A stretch of 64,000 nt of DNA from Candidatus Latescibacterota bacterium (GCA_038279365.1 JAYODI010000012.1:24189-88188); one strand, 5' to 3'. Positions 28,648 to 38,897 are shown, counted from the first letter of the stretch. The notes: generated by a model from the sequence alone, not told the origin. Numbers and translations: made by a program.

Positions 28648-30651
28648 ATGGCAACCGAACCTCTCAACCTCCCCGACAATTTCAATCCCAAAACCAACCT
28701 GCTCTCCAAAACCACCGAAAACGGTACCTTTCACGAATCTCGCGCAGGCGCAAGCCTGGCCGAACGTCTCCTCAAAAACGGCCACCCCAACGACATCACC
28801 CAAGCCATCAAAACCCTTGAAGCCACGTTGGCCTGCCAAGAAACCCACCCCAATGACCCCCATTATGGCAACTTCTTTTGGATGGCCGAAGACGATGTGG
28901 TCGGCGACCTCAACGCCGTCGAATTTTGCCTCGAAAGCCTCATCCCCATGATGATTGGTCAGGGCAATCTTTTACCTCAAGACATGCAAAAACGCGTTCT
29001 CAACGCCATCCGTTTAGGTCTCGACGAAATACGACGCATCAATGTACGCGTCACCTACTCCAATATCACCGCCCTCGACATTCTCAACTCTTGCTTGGGT
29101 GGCGAACTTCTCAACGACGCAGCCATCTCTCAAAGAGGTTATGACAAACTCGAAGAATGGATGGCCTACACCGACCTTAATGGCACCCCCCGGGAATTCA
29201 ACAGTCCCACCTACATCGGCGTCTTTATCAACGCTTTTAAACGTCTCTCCGATCATGTACAACACAAACCCACCCAAGTGCGTGCCCGAACCATGGCGGC
29301 ACGCCTCGCCTTTAGCGTGGGCCTCCACATTCACAAATCAACCGGTCGCTGGTCTGGCCCGCACAGCCGTGCCTATCACCCATCTGTCGTTTGTGAAGCC
29401 CCTGCCGAAATCAACCGTGTCAACCAATGGTTCGAATCGGGTGCCCTTCCCAAATGGGCCAATGACGTCCTCAACTACCCCACCCCCATCGACGTTATCG
29501 AAACCGCCGACCTCGAACTCAAAAGCTGTCTCACCACCCACCAAAGCAATTCATTTTGTTTGGGCACAGCCACACGCCAATATGGCGGTCAATCCGATGT
29601 TCTTATGGCCCATTACACCCGCGAAGGCACAGACCGCCCCGGCGTGCTCTACACCCGCTACCTCCTCAACGACAAATGGTTGGGCGATTTCTACCATGCC
29701 ACCGACCGCACCAAGTCGCGCAACCTCGTAGACGAAGGTCAATTTAGAGGCGTACAACACGGCTCTCGTGCCATTGGCCTTTACACCCCCCAAAGTGTGG
29801 GCAACATCACCAGTGCCAAAGCGTGCTTCATCTTCACCCAACGCGAACACATTGACGAAATTTGGGTCGGCAATCAACAAATCACAGCCCTACCCGCCGA
29901 CGTGCCCGAAAACCAAACCATCACCATCGCTTCAGGCACCACGCTCTTTGCCATTTGCCCTCTTTCACGCACAGATATTGGGCGCAATGCCCCCATTCGT
30001 CTTGTAGACAAACAAGGCGACCTCGTGCTTGAAACCTATAACTACCTCGGTTCAGAAAAATCCTTTTGGGAAATGCGCCCAGATGGCCCATTCTTTCAAG
30101 GCCACCCCAAAAACGGCATCTACATCGAAATGGCCGAACGCTCTGCTTATCCAAACGCGCAAACCTTTGGGCAAACAGTTTCCTCTGGTTCCCTAAGTGA
30201 AGAAACCGATGCACCCACGGTTTACGATGGCAAAACCCCACGCAACTGGCGCGTAGAATACGAACGTGACAACCAAAAAATTGGCATCGAAATAGACCTG
30301 ATGCAATGGGATCTGAAACGCCGTTGGACGCATGAGGGCGATCTCGACTTTCCCATGCTCACAGCACCCATTGTTCATCAATCACGCAGTGGAAAAATAG
30401 AAATTGACCATGCATCACTTACATTTGGCAATGGCGCAGGGTGGCTTTACAAAAGCCCAAATCAAGACCTATGCATTGCAGGGTATCACGGCCCCAACCC
30501 AGGGCCTATGACACTTACCCTACCCAATGGCCAAGTCGCAATCGAATCCCTCACATGTGGCACCATCATTTGGCAAAATGGCAAAGTAACCATTGATGCA
30601 CTCAATCTAAAAAACGCGCCTCAAGTAACAGGTGGCCAACTCATTTCTTAA
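28648..30651 (+). CDS. uncharacterised protein, heparinase/lyase-like architecture (tentative)
   Basis: Helical N-terminal half (DLNAVEF, YSNI, REFNSPTY, WSGPHSRAY) and beta-rich C-terminal half. Confidence 0.75.
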   Translation: MATEPLNLPDNFNPKTNLLSKTTENGTFHESRAGASLAERLLKNGHPNDITQAIKTLEATLACQETHPNDPHYGNFFWMAEDDVVGDLNAVEFCLESLIPMMIGQGNLLPQDMQKRVLNAIRLGLDEIRRINVRVTYSNITALDILNSCLGGELLNDAAISQRGYDKLEEWMAYTDLNGTPREFNSPTYIGVFINAFKRLSDHVQHKPTQVRARTMAARLAFSVGLHIHKSTGRWSGPHSRAYHPSVVCEAPAEINRVNQWFESGALPKWANDVLNYPTPIDVIETADLELKSCLTTHQSNSFCLGTATRQYGGQSDVLMAHYTREGTDRPGVLYTRYLLNDKWLGDFYHATDRTKSRNLVDEGQFRGVQHGSRAIGLYTPQSVGNITSAKACFIFTQREHIDEIWVGNQQITALPADVPENQTITIASGTTLFAICPLSRTDIGRNAPIRLVDKQGDLVLETYNYLGSEKSFWEMRPDGPFFQGHPKNGIYIEMAERSAYPNAQTFGQTVSSGSLSEETDAPTVYDGKTPRNWRVEYERDNQKIGIEIDLMQWDLKRRWTHEGDLDFPMLTAPIVHQSRSGKIEIDHASLTFGNGAGWLYKSPNQDLCIAGYHGPNPGPMTLTLPNGQVAIESLTCGTIIWQNGKVTIDALNLKNAPQVTGGQLIS

Positions 30652-30671
30652 AAACAATATTGGAGTTTTTT

Positions 30672-32921
30672 ATGTCGCAAACTTTTGATATTGCACTCAA
30701 AACAGGTGCAACAGTAAGGGTGCAACCCATTTCAGAACACACCTTTCGCATTCGTCTGCGCCCCGACCATCTTTTTGAAGAACCAGCCCTCATTCGTTAC
30801 AACATTCTCAAAAATGATTGGCCAGAGACAAACATCCAACAAGAAGAAAACGATCAAAACACCACCCTTGTCACAACACAGACGCGCTTACTCGTCAATA
30901 AAAACAATGGGCAAATCACCTTCCAAAAAGCATCTGGCGAAACCTTACTCACCCAAACAGCCCCCCCCGTCTCTGACCCACAACGCGGTTTTCGCGCCGA
31001 GTTTGCACTGGCCCCCGAAACCAAGCTTTATGGTTTGGGCGATGAAACCCGTGAAACCATTCAGAAACGCGGACGCATCACCACCATGTGGGTTAAAAAT
31101 GTATCGTGTTATGTACCCATTCCTATCTTACTAAGCACAAGCGGTTGGGCCATTCTTGCCAATACCACCCACAAACATTACTTCGATTTAGGCCACAAAA
31201 AAACCGACCGTCTTGCTTTTGGTGGACGCACTGGAGAACTCGACTATTACCTCATTGCAGGTGAAGACCTTCCCACCCAAATAGACCGCTACACCGCCAT
31301 TGCAGGAAAACCCCACCTGCTCCCTCTATATGGTTATGGTCTCACCTTTGTTTGCAACCAACAAGCCAATGCCCGAGAAATGATCGACGACGGTCTGAAT
31401 CTGCGTAGAGAAAACATCCCTTGCGATCTCATCGGTCTCGAACCCGGCTGGATGGCCACACGCTATGACTACACCACCGAAAAAAAATGGCATCCAGAAA
31501 GGTTCTTCATCCCACCTTGGTCCCCCCAAGGTCCTGGAAATTTCTTTAATGCTCTCGACCGAATGGGCTTCAAAATGAGCCTATGGCTGTGCTGTGATTA
31601 CGACTTAAGTTATGAAGAAGAACGGCGCGCAGGACAGCAGATAGACACGCGCTCAGGCCCCGATGATGTTCACCCCGACGATTTTGAACAAGACCAAAAT
31701 TTTGGACATGGGCCCATTTACCAAGACAAACAAACCAAACCCGATGAAGCCTGGTTTGAACACCTTAAAAAATTTGTCGACCAAGGTGCATCTGCGTTTA
31801 AAATGGACGGAGCCCTGCAAGTCAACGAGCACCCAGACCGATTATATGGCAACGGCATGACCGATGCCGAAATGCACAACCTCTATCCCACATTGCTCAA
31901 CAAACAAATGAGCTTAGGGTTTAAAGAACATACCCAACAACGCGCCATGATCTACAGCTCTGGTGGATATTTGGGCATCCAACAATTTGCAGCCACCTGG
32001 GCAGGCGACACGGGCGGTGGCCCAAAACCACTGGTCTCCATTCTCAACCACGGCCTATCTGGTCACACCAATGCCAGTTGTGATATGGATGTTTTCACCC
32101 CCGAAGGCATTCACTTCGGTTTCTTCATGCCCTGGAGTCAAGTTTGTAGCTGGGCCTATTGGCGGCACCCCTGGCTCTTAGGCGATCACCTAAGCAACAT
32201 TTTCAAATTCTATGCACGGCTTCGTTATCGCCTCTTGCCTTACATTTACGCCATGGCACACCAAGCCACCCGCACTGGCCTACCCATTATGCGTGCCATG
32301 TCCCTATCCTTTCCCGACGACCCAAAGTCAGACGAACTCATCAACCAATACATGTTTGGCGATGCATTTCTTACCGGTGCATTTATAGATCAGATTCACC
32401 TGCCCGAAGGCCGTTGGATTAACTATTGGACAGGTGAAGTACACACTGGCCCCAAAGACCTCCCGTGTGACACACCCGAAAATCGAGGCGGTCCACTTTT
32501 CATTCGCGCAGGAGCCATTATTCCCCATTGGCCAGACATGCAATACGTTGGGCAAAAACCCACCGACATTCTGGATTTGCATGTTTATCCACATCAAGAC
32601 AGTTCATTCACGCTTTTTGAAGATGATGGTCTGTCTTATGAATATCAAGAAGGGGCAATGGCCACCACAGACATTGGATGCAGTGCATCGCAAAACAACA
32701 TCACCCTCGTTGTTGGATCACGTATGGGGACGTATCAGGACATGCCCATAAACCGGAGTTACAATCTTTATATCTACACACCACAAATACCACAATCACT
32801 CACCATTGATGATCACCCCCTCAATACAGAAGAATGGTTTTACGACGAAACCCTTGGTGCCACTCGCCTCTCTGTCACCGAAGCTTCGGGTCGCTCAGTG
32901 ACCGTGGCACTGGATCTATAA
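30672..32921 (+). CDS. glycoside hydrolase family 31
   Basis: LYGLGD, IPCD, nucleophile region FKMDG, MHNLYP, acid/base WAGDT, LRYRLLPYIY, PIMRAM and QYMFGD. Confidence 0.93.
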   Translation: MSQTFDIALKTGATVRVQPISEHTFRIRLRPDHLFEEPALIRYNILKNDWPETNIQQEENDQNTTLVTTQTRLLVNKNNGQITFQKASGETLLTQTAPPVSDPQRGFRAEFALAPETKLYGLGDETRETIQKRGRITTMWVKNVSCYVPIPILLSTSGWAILANTTHKHYFDLGHKKTDRLAFGGRTGELDYYLIAGEDLPTQIDRYTAIAGKPHLLPLYGYGLTFVCNQQANAREMIDDGLNLRRENIPCDLIGLEPGWMATRYDYTTEKKWHPERFFIPPWSPQGPGNFFNALDRMGFKMSLWLCCDYDLSYEEERRAGQQIDTRSGPDDVHPDDFEQDQNFGHGPIYQDKQTKPDEAWFEHLKKFVDQGASAFKMDGALQVNEHPDRLYGNGMTDAEMHNLYPTLLNKQMSLGFKEHTQQRAMIYSSGGYLGIQQFAATWAGDTGGGPKPLVSILNHGLSGHTNASCDMDVFTPEGIHFGFFMPWSQVCSWAYWRHPWLLGDHLSNIFKFYARLRYRLLPYIYAMAHQATRTGLPIMRAMSLSFPDDPKSDELINQYMFGDAFLTGAFIDQIHLPEGRWINYWTGEVHTGPKDLPCDTPENRGGPLFIRAGAIIPHWPDMQYVGQKPTDILDLHVYPHQDSSFTLFEDDGLSYEYQEGAMATTDIGCSASQNNITLVVGSRMGTYQDMPINRSYNLYIYTPQIPQSLTIDDHPLNTEEWFYDETLGATRLSVTEASGRSVTVALDL

Positions 32922-32927
32922 CCCAAT

Positions 32928-32959
32928 AAAAAAGGCGTGCTAAAAAGCACGCCTTTTTT
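32928..32959. terminator. bidirectional intrinsic terminator
   Basis: AAAAAAGGCGTGCT-AAAA-AGCACGCCTTTTTT between convergent genes. Confidence 0.9.
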
Positions 32960-32982
32960 AAACTTTGTTCACTCGCATCCTC

Positions 32983-34950
32983 TCACACCATCCCAAAAGA
33001 AATCTCCAAATCCCATACATCCACACGATTTAACCGCACAGAAATCATCTCACCAGGTGTCACATCCTTGTTCACTCGCACGTCGGTTTGCCAAGCAAAA
33101 TCCACCACTTCCACTTTACAATTGTGTGACCACACATCCAAAACCAAAGCATCAAATGTTTGGCCGCGTAGAGCCATCAAATATTGACACAGCCAATAAC
33201 GCTCCCGCAAACGCTCCAAACGCCCAATTGTACGCACCCGATCGGCATTGCCTTCACTCAAAGTATTAAGCATTTCTTCGTTATACGGCGCACCCTGACC
33301 AGACAAAAACCCAGACAACTGACGTTGGGTAACCAAGTCTAAATATCGGCGCAAAGGAGAGGTGACCTGACAATAGGGCGTCACACCCAATCCTCCGTGG
33401 GTGCCAGGCGTCAAAGAAGTCGTTGCAGGGCGCATTTGTTTCAACACACGATACCGATGCAAACGTTCATTTTCCGTGGGTTCCATCTCAGAAATGTCAG
33501 GTGCTTGTTGCACCCGATAAAAAACGGGGATCTCCTTTTCTGCACACAAGCGCCCCACCTCGGTATTGGTAAACACCATCAACTCGCTCACCAACAAATC
33601 GGCTCGCGAATGACGAGTTTGCACCGACACCGAAATGTCACCACCGTCCAATATTTCAACCCGACGATTGAGATTGGCCACCGACAAAGCCCCCGCATCA
33701 ATGCGATTCATTAACAATTGCTCACCCACTTGAAACAACGCATTGAGCATTGGGTATCGAGGATGTGTTGACTCATCTAAAATTGCATCTACTGCATCAT
33801 AACTCAACTTTTCACGACATCGAATCACAGCACGCAAAAACTTTGTATCTCCCAACAATCCATCGCGTCCTACATTGCAAAGCATACTAATCACCAACCG
33901 ATCTTTCCCGGGTTGCAAACTGCCCATGCCTTCTGATAATTGCGCAGGCAACATCGCTATTTTTTGATCGGGAAAATACAAACTTGCAGCCCGTTGAGCT
34001 GCATCCACATCCATAGCCGAATCCATCGGGATCAAAGCAGACACATCGGTGATATGTACCCCAATTTGATATGTGCCATCCTCAAAAAATTGTACCGATA
34101 CGGCATCATCCATATCTTTGGTAGATGCATCATCAATGGTTACCGCATCCACGTGGCGCAAATCTTCTCGTGAAGAATCGGATAACAACGCGGCAAAGTC
34201 AATTGTGTCAACCGCATCAAGTGCCGCTTGCGAACATGGTACTTCAATGGCCTCGCGAATCAAGTCGAGAAACACATGTTTGTGCCACACACCTTGGGCA
34301 ACCAATCGCTCAAATGCCCGCTTTGGTGGAACAACCTCCCCAACCATCCGTTCTAACCAACGCATCTCACTGCTGTGTTCACCATTAACAACCACATCTT
34401 GAACACGACGTAGCCAATCTTCCTCTGGATCTCCTACCCCATTAACAAACCAATCAACAAACTTAAGCCGTTCCTCTTCACGCGCCTCCTCCTTAACCGC
34501 ATGGGCCTCACGCAACAAAATCGTTTCGGTATCCAAAGCACGAAAATGAACCCCATCGGCTTCAAAATAATCACCGCGCTCCAATGCCATCACAAAGGAT
34601 GCCAATTGATTTGTATCCACATCATTGCCAAAATACAATTCGGCCAATTCTTCAAAAGCCCAAACACCGTCTTCTTCATTCACCAGCGTCCACAACTCCT
34701 GAAGGTGTACGTTTTGGCTTAATTGTTCTAGATCTTCTTGCCATTTCATCGCATCATTTTTATTCTCTGCCATTTGCCCAGTAAGCAACAACACATTCTC
34801 CAACGGAACATTGACCGACTCCTTAGGCGACACGGCAATACGCACCTTTGCACGCGCCGCCTGCAGGCAAACCCCAGTCATTAACCGATTGCGATAGCGA
34901 AACAAAACAATCTCATTTTCGCGGGGTAATCGATCCAAAAAACACCTCAT
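32983..34950 (-). CDS. RNB-domain 3'-5' exoribonuclease (RNase II/R family)
   Basis: TIDDASTKDMDDAVS, VHITDV, LVSELM, YRVQ and HGGLG..YCQVTSPLRRYLDL. Exact start uncertain. Confidence 0.93.
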   Translation of the reverse strand: MRCFLDRLPRENEIVLFRYRNRLMTGVCLQAARAKVRIAVSPKESVNVPLENVLLLTGQMAENKNDAMKWQEDLEQLSQNVHLQELWTLVNEEDGVWAFEELAELYFGNDVDTNQLASFVMALERGDYFEADGVHFRALDTETILLREAHAVKEEAREEERLKFVDWFVNGVGDPEEDWLRRVQDVVVNGEHSSEMRWLERMVGEVVPPKRAFERLVAQGVWHKHVFLDLIREAIEVPCSQAALDAVDTIDFAALLSDSSREDLRHVDAVTIDDASTKDMDDAVSVQFFEDGTYQIGVHITDVSALIPMDSAMDVDAAQRAASLYFPDQKIAMLPAQLSEGMGSLQPGKDRLVISMLCNVGRDGLLGDTKFLRAVIRCREKLSYDAVDAILDESTHPRYPMLNALFQVGEQLLMNRIDAGALSVANLNRRVEILDGGDISVSVQTRHSRADLLVSELMVFTNTEVGRLCAEKEIPVFYRVQQAPDISEMEPTENERLHRYRVLKQMRPATTSLTPGTHGGLGVTPYCQVTSPLRRYLDLVTQRQLSGFLSGQGAPYNEEMLNTLSEGNADRVRTIGRLERLRERYWLCQYLMALRGQTFDALVLDVWSHNCKVEVVDFAWQTDVRVNKDVTPGEMISVRLNRVDVWDLEISFGMV

Positions 34951-34988
34951 AAAAAATAAAGGGCAGGCGGGAGAAGAGCCCGCCTGCC
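34951..34988 (-). terminator. intrinsic terminator after the peroxiredoxin gene
   Basis: Perfect stem GGCAGGCGGG/CCCGCCTGCC followed by CTTTATTTTTT. Confidence 0.8.
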
Positions 34989-35013
34989 AGACAACCATCA
35001 TAAAATTATAAGT

Positions 35014-35457
35014 CTATATGGTAGGCAACAACGTTTCAGGGTGCTCCCGAGCAACCACTTCGGCATGCACTTGTAACACCTTGCCATCGGGTCCAATAAC
35101 ATAAGAAATCCGTTTGGCAGCACCATCTTCGGCCGTTGCACAAGCACCATAGGCCAAACAAATTTCACGTTTGGTATCGCACAAAAGTGGATACGTAAAA
35201 CCCTGCTCTGTTGCAAACTTGGCATTGGCATCCACACCATCTGTGCTCACACCCAAAATTTGTACATTTTTAGCATTGTATTCTTGGATTCGCGCCTGGA
35301 ATCCTAAACCTTCAGCCGTTCAACCACCGGTACTGGCGCGTGGATAAAACCACATCACCACTGTTTTGCCCTGATAATCGCTAAGCGCAACTTCTTTTCC
35401 CGTGTGATCCAAAACGGAAAAACCAGGGGCAATATCACCAACCTTCAACATAGGCAT
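35014..35457 (-). CDS. bcp: BCP/PrxQ peroxiredoxin with in-frame TGA (probable selenocysteine at codon 46)
   Basis: RBS GGAGG, ATG 35457: MPMLKVGDIAPGFSVLDHTGKEVALSDYQGKTVVMWFYPRASTGG-TGA(35322-35320)-TAEGLGFQARIQEYNAKNVQILGVSTD..., continuing in frame into the ORF-track fragment 35014-35256. Confidence 0.88.
35286..35304 (-). other. candidate bacterial SECIS hairpin
   Basis: GGATTC-CAGGCGC-GAATCC stem-loop starting 15 nt 3' of the TGA, with a G-containing loop. Confidence 0.55.
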
Positions 35458-35582
35458 AAGTGCCTCCTCTATGGGATGTTTCATCAACCAAACGAACGGG
35501 CATAATATAGGCTCAGAAAGCCAACAATGCCAGCATAATTACAACAGGATCATCGGATGTGTTTACAACTCATACCAAGCTA

Positions 35583-35611
35583 TTGACACAACCACACACG
35601 TCGGGTATTTT
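35583..35611 (+). promoter_or_regulatory. putative sigma70 promoter
   Basis: TTGACA-17 nt-TATTTT upstream of 35688. Confidence 0.4.
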
Positions 35612-35687
35612 TTACCACCTTATTTACAAATGACATCCATCTCATCAAACTTACCCCAATACCACCGCTCAAAGACTCGGAGTCGTT

Positions 35688-36260
35688 GTGTCATTTTTTG
35701 CACGCCACACCTTCAGCCTCATCTCTGCCACTGTTTTTATGCTCTTTGCCAGTCTTGTATTGTGGGCTTATAACCACGATCTGGAACGTGACCTTCAACG
35801 CCCCATCTCCCCCACATACCCCACCGAACAAAGCAAAGTCATCATCGCTTACCACAATCGGCCAAACATCCCACACATCAATTATCTGCTTACCAACACG
35901 CTCACACAAAACCCGATCAAAAAAATAGCCTATACCCTTTTACTTGCAAGCAAACCACAACACAAAATCCTCACAGCTTATGCCTATTATGCCCAATTTG
36001 GCCAAGTCCAAGGTCTTGCCAAAGCCGCACACAGTTATTTTGGCGTTTCTGTCCAACACCTTTCCATAGGCGAAACACTCCTCCTGCTTGAGCTCGCACA
36101 AAATCCACACTTACCCATTACCACACCCACCACGGCCCTCCAATTGCGCGATCGCCTCTTGTCAGACCTTTACAACCACCACACCCTCACCCAAACACAA
36201 TACCAAACCGAATGCCAAAAGGCACTCGCGCTCGCCGCAGACCATAAGCCAATCAATTAA
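35688..36260 (+). CDS. membrane-anchored degenerate GT51 transglycosylase-like protein
   Basis: N-terminal TM; ILTAYAYYAQFGQVQGLAKAAHSYFGVSVQHLSIGETLLL resembles GT51 motifs 4-5; no EDxxFxxHxG catalytic motif. Confidence 0.6.
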   Translation: MSFFARHTFSLISATVFMLFASLVLWAYNHDLERDLQRPISPTYPTEQSKVIIAYHNRPNIPHINYLLTNTLTQNPIKKIAYTLLLASKPQHKILTAYAYYAQFGQVQGLAKAAHSYFGVSVQHLSIGETLLLLELAQNPHLPITTPTTALQLRDRLLSDLYNHHTLTQTQYQTECQKALALAADHKPIN

Positions 36261-36474
36261 AAATATTGCGCCTACAACTGGTCATACCAACATACCCAAC
36301 CTTACCAAATCCCTCACCAAACCCAATCATTTCCATCTTGTCATCCGTTGTAAACCTTTAAATGCCCAAATAGACCAAATTGTAACACAATCTTCACTTG
36401 CCCTTAATGTAAGCGAAACAAATTTTGTTTACTTTTGTGCGTCCAAAACGACACACCTTACGAAAGGAAGGGAT

Positions 36475-37314
36475 ATGGCACACGAAGACAAAGATATGGT
36501 TCTGGATTATTACCTCAAAGAACTCGCCACATCTCACCCATTATCTGGAGAACAAGAATGCAATTTGGCAGTACGCATGAAAAATGGTGACCAATCGGCA
36601 CGCAACGAACTCATCGAAGCCAATTTGCGGTTTGTGGTCTCTATCGCGCTCAAATACAAAAACAGAGGCGTTCCCCTATCAGATTTAATCAGCGCAGGCA
36701 ATGTGGGTCTCATCACCGCCACCGAGCGATTTGACGAAACACGAGGCTACAAATTTATCTCGTATGCAGTTTGGTGGATTCGCCAATCCATTTTACAAAC
36801 TTTGGCAGAGCATGGGCGCTTGGTTCGCCTCCCCATCAATCGCTCCGATCTGTTGCGGCGCATCAACAACTTTACCACCGACTTTCAACGTCAGCACAGT
36901 CGTCCCCCAACAGAAGAAGAGATGGCCAAAGAGTTTGACCTCTCCGAAGACCAAATTGTCGATACCTTAGCGCACAGCCCCGTAATCATGTCTCTCGACA
37001 CCCCCGTGCGCAACGACAAAACATCCCTGCTCGAAATTATGCCCGACGACACCCAAGATTCACCCGAAACAGCCATGCTCCAAAACGCGCTCAAAAACGA
37101 CATCCACGACTTACTCGACACCCTCACCGATCGAGAAAGTGATGTCATTCGCCTCTACTTTGGCCTTGAAGGACAAGAGTGGACACTCGAATCCATTGCG
37201 CAAAAATACAACCTTACCCGAGAACGTGTGCGCCAAATCAAAGAAGTGGCGCTTCGCAAACTCCGTCATCCTATTCGTGGACGCAAACTTATTTCTTATG
37301 CAGAAGCCGTGTAA
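36475..37314 (+). CDS. RNA polymerase sigma70 factor, RpoD/SigA family without region 1.1
   Basis: LIEANLRFVVSIA, DLISAGNVGL, FDETRGYKFISYAVWWIRQSI, SLDTP and LTRERVRQIKEVALRKLR. Confidence 0.95.
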   Translation: MAHEDKDMVLDYYLKELATSHPLSGEQECNLAVRMKNGDQSARNELIEANLRFVVSIALKYKNRGVPLSDLISAGNVGLITATERFDETRGYKFISYAVWWIRQSILQTLAEHGRLVRLPINRSDLLRRINNFTTDFQRQHSRPPTEEEMAKEFDLSEDQIVDTLAHSPVIMSLDTPVRNDKTSLLEIMPDDTQDSPETAMLQNALKNDIHDLLDTLTDRESDVIRLYFGLEGQEWTLESIAQKYNLTRERVRQIKEVALRKLRHPIRGRKLISYAEAV

Positions 37315-37378
37315 AAGCAGTGAAACGGCAAATGCAAAAGAAAAAACAAAAGCTTTCTTTCATCTGCCGTTTGCCGTC
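37312..37378. repeat. inverted heptamer cassette, copy 1
   Basis: TAAAAGCAGTGAAACGGCAAATG...ATCTGCCGTTTGCCGTC. Confidence 0.75.
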
Positions 37379-37890
37379 TACAACGTTTTATAATACGTCA
37401 CGTTCTCTTGTCGAATGTCAAATCCAGCCTTTTCATAAGCACGTCGGGCTGGTGCATGACCTTCATCCAACCCCGTGGTAACCGAAGCAAACCGCAACCC
37501 CATCGCTTTAAAAGAATCCAATACATAACGATGCATTGCAGCCCCCAATCCACGCCCTTGTAGATTGGGTGCTATTGCGTTGTTCCCAATCGTCCCCAAT
37601 GATTTTTCCTTGTTGATACGCACGGTCACAAAGCCCACCACTTTCTCATCTGCCTCTTGAACCACCACATAAAACCAATTGGGGTGATGTTCAAAGTGCC
37701 CGCGTACTTGTGTGGCCTTGCTGTCTTCCCAGTTGGCACATACCACCTCGTGCATCTCTGCCCCCATAATCGTTCGGAAACTGTCATGGATACGTGCCCA
37801 TGCACCTTTTGCAATTTCACACGCATCATCCACATCTTCTTTTTGTGCCTGACGTATCACATATCCCGAAGTTAAAACATGTTTTTCCAT
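37378..37890 (-). CDS. GNAT N-acetyltransferase
   Basis: AIAPNLQGRGLG and ARRAYEKAGF motifs. Confidence 0.92.
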   Translation of the reverse strand: MEKHVLTSGYVIRQAQKEDVDDACEIAKGAWARIHDSFRTIMGAEMHEVVCANWEDSKATQVRGHFEHHPNWFYVVVQEADEKVVGFVTVRINKEKSLGTIGNNAIAPNLQGRGLGAAMHRYVLDSFKAMGLRFASVTTGLDEGHAPARRAYEKAGFDIRQENVTYYKTL

Positions 37891-37981
37891 ATCACACCTT
37901 TCATTTGACAAACCCGTTTGAATCCCTATCTTTGGTGCCGCAAAACATATTATCTATCTCTCACACATGAAGGAGCCTGTT

Positions 37982-38746
37982 ATGAAATTAGGGTTTGTTA
38001 CCTACAACATTGCCAAAGATTGGGATGCGGCCACCATCATCGAAAAATGTAACGCATTGGGTTACCAAGGCGTTGAAGTGCGCACCACACATGCACACGG
38101 CATCGAACCCTCTCTTTCAGCCCAACAAAGAAGAGATGTACGCAAACAATTTGAAGATGGTGGCGTTGAAATTGCCGGCATTGGTTCCATTCACGAATAC
38201 CATTCCGACGACCCTGCCATTGTACGCGAAAACATCCATGCGACCATCGAATCGGCCAAACTCGCTGCAGACATCGGTTGCCCAGGCGTAAAGGTGCGCC
38301 CAAATGGTTTGCAGGTAGACAAAGGCATTCCAGTAGAAAAAACGCTCGAACAAATTGGCAAAGCCGTTGGTGAATGTGCCGCTGCCGCCGCCGACTTGGG
38401 TGTGCAAATTCGTGTCGAAGTACACGGCAGAGAAACCAAACGCCCCGACTATATGCGCACCATCATGGATCATGCCAACCACAGCAACGCTTATGTCTGT
38501 TGGAACTCAGACTTTGGCGAAGTTGAAAATGGCTCCATCCAAAAAAACTTTGATCTGCTCAAACACAAAATTGGTTTGGTTCACATCACCGAGCTTTGGA
38601 AAACAGAATACCCTTGGCGCGAGCTCTTCTCATTGCTCAAAGCCCAAAATTACGCGGGTTATACATTGGCCGAAATCCCTGGCAACGAAGATGCCGACCG
38701 CATCTTAAGATATTACAAAGCCCTCTGGGATGCCTATACAGCATGA
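37982..38746 (+). CDS. sugar phosphate isomerase/epimerase (AP_endonuc_2 TIM barrel)
   Basis: GYQGVEVR, RVEVH, VHI and YAGYTLAE motifs; RBS AAGGAG. Confidence 0.88.
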   Translation: MKLGFVTYNIAKDWDAATIIEKCNALGYQGVEVRTTHAHGIEPSLSAQQRRDVRKQFEDGGVEIAGIGSIHEYHSDDPAIVRENIHATIESAKLAADIGCPGVKVRPNGLQVDKGIPVEKTLEQIGKAVGECAAAAADLGVQIRVEVHGRETKRPDYMRTIMDHANHSNAYVCWNSDFGEVENGSIQKNFDLLKHKIGLVHITELWKTEYPWRELFSLLKAQNYAGYTLAEIPGNEDADRILRYYKALWDAYTA

Positions 38747-38819
38747 TAATGCAAAATTTAACATTGGGTGGATGGTTCTTTTTTTAATTTTTTTATTGGA
38801 CACTCATAACACACCAAAA

Positions 38820-38889
38820 CAAACGGCAAACATATGACCACCCATCTCCGTGGATCCATACGTTTGCCGTTTCACATTTGCCGTTTGCC
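38820..38889. repeat. inverted heptamer cassette, copy 2 (opposite orientation)
   Basis: CAAACGGCAAACATATG...CATACGTTTGCCGTTTCACATTTGCCGTTTGCC. Confidence 0.8.
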
Positions 38890-38897
38890 TTTTATCT

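Noticed and set aside
32983-34950. RNB nuclease as part of a defence system
   Set aside because: It is an ordinary RNase II-like protein with intact motifs and no defence-type neighbours.
35320-35322. Alternative genetic code (TGA = Trp/Gly) as the explanation for the in-frame TGA
   Set aside because: Many genes here end at TGA at sensible C-termini and Trp is encoded by TGG, so any recoding is site-specific.
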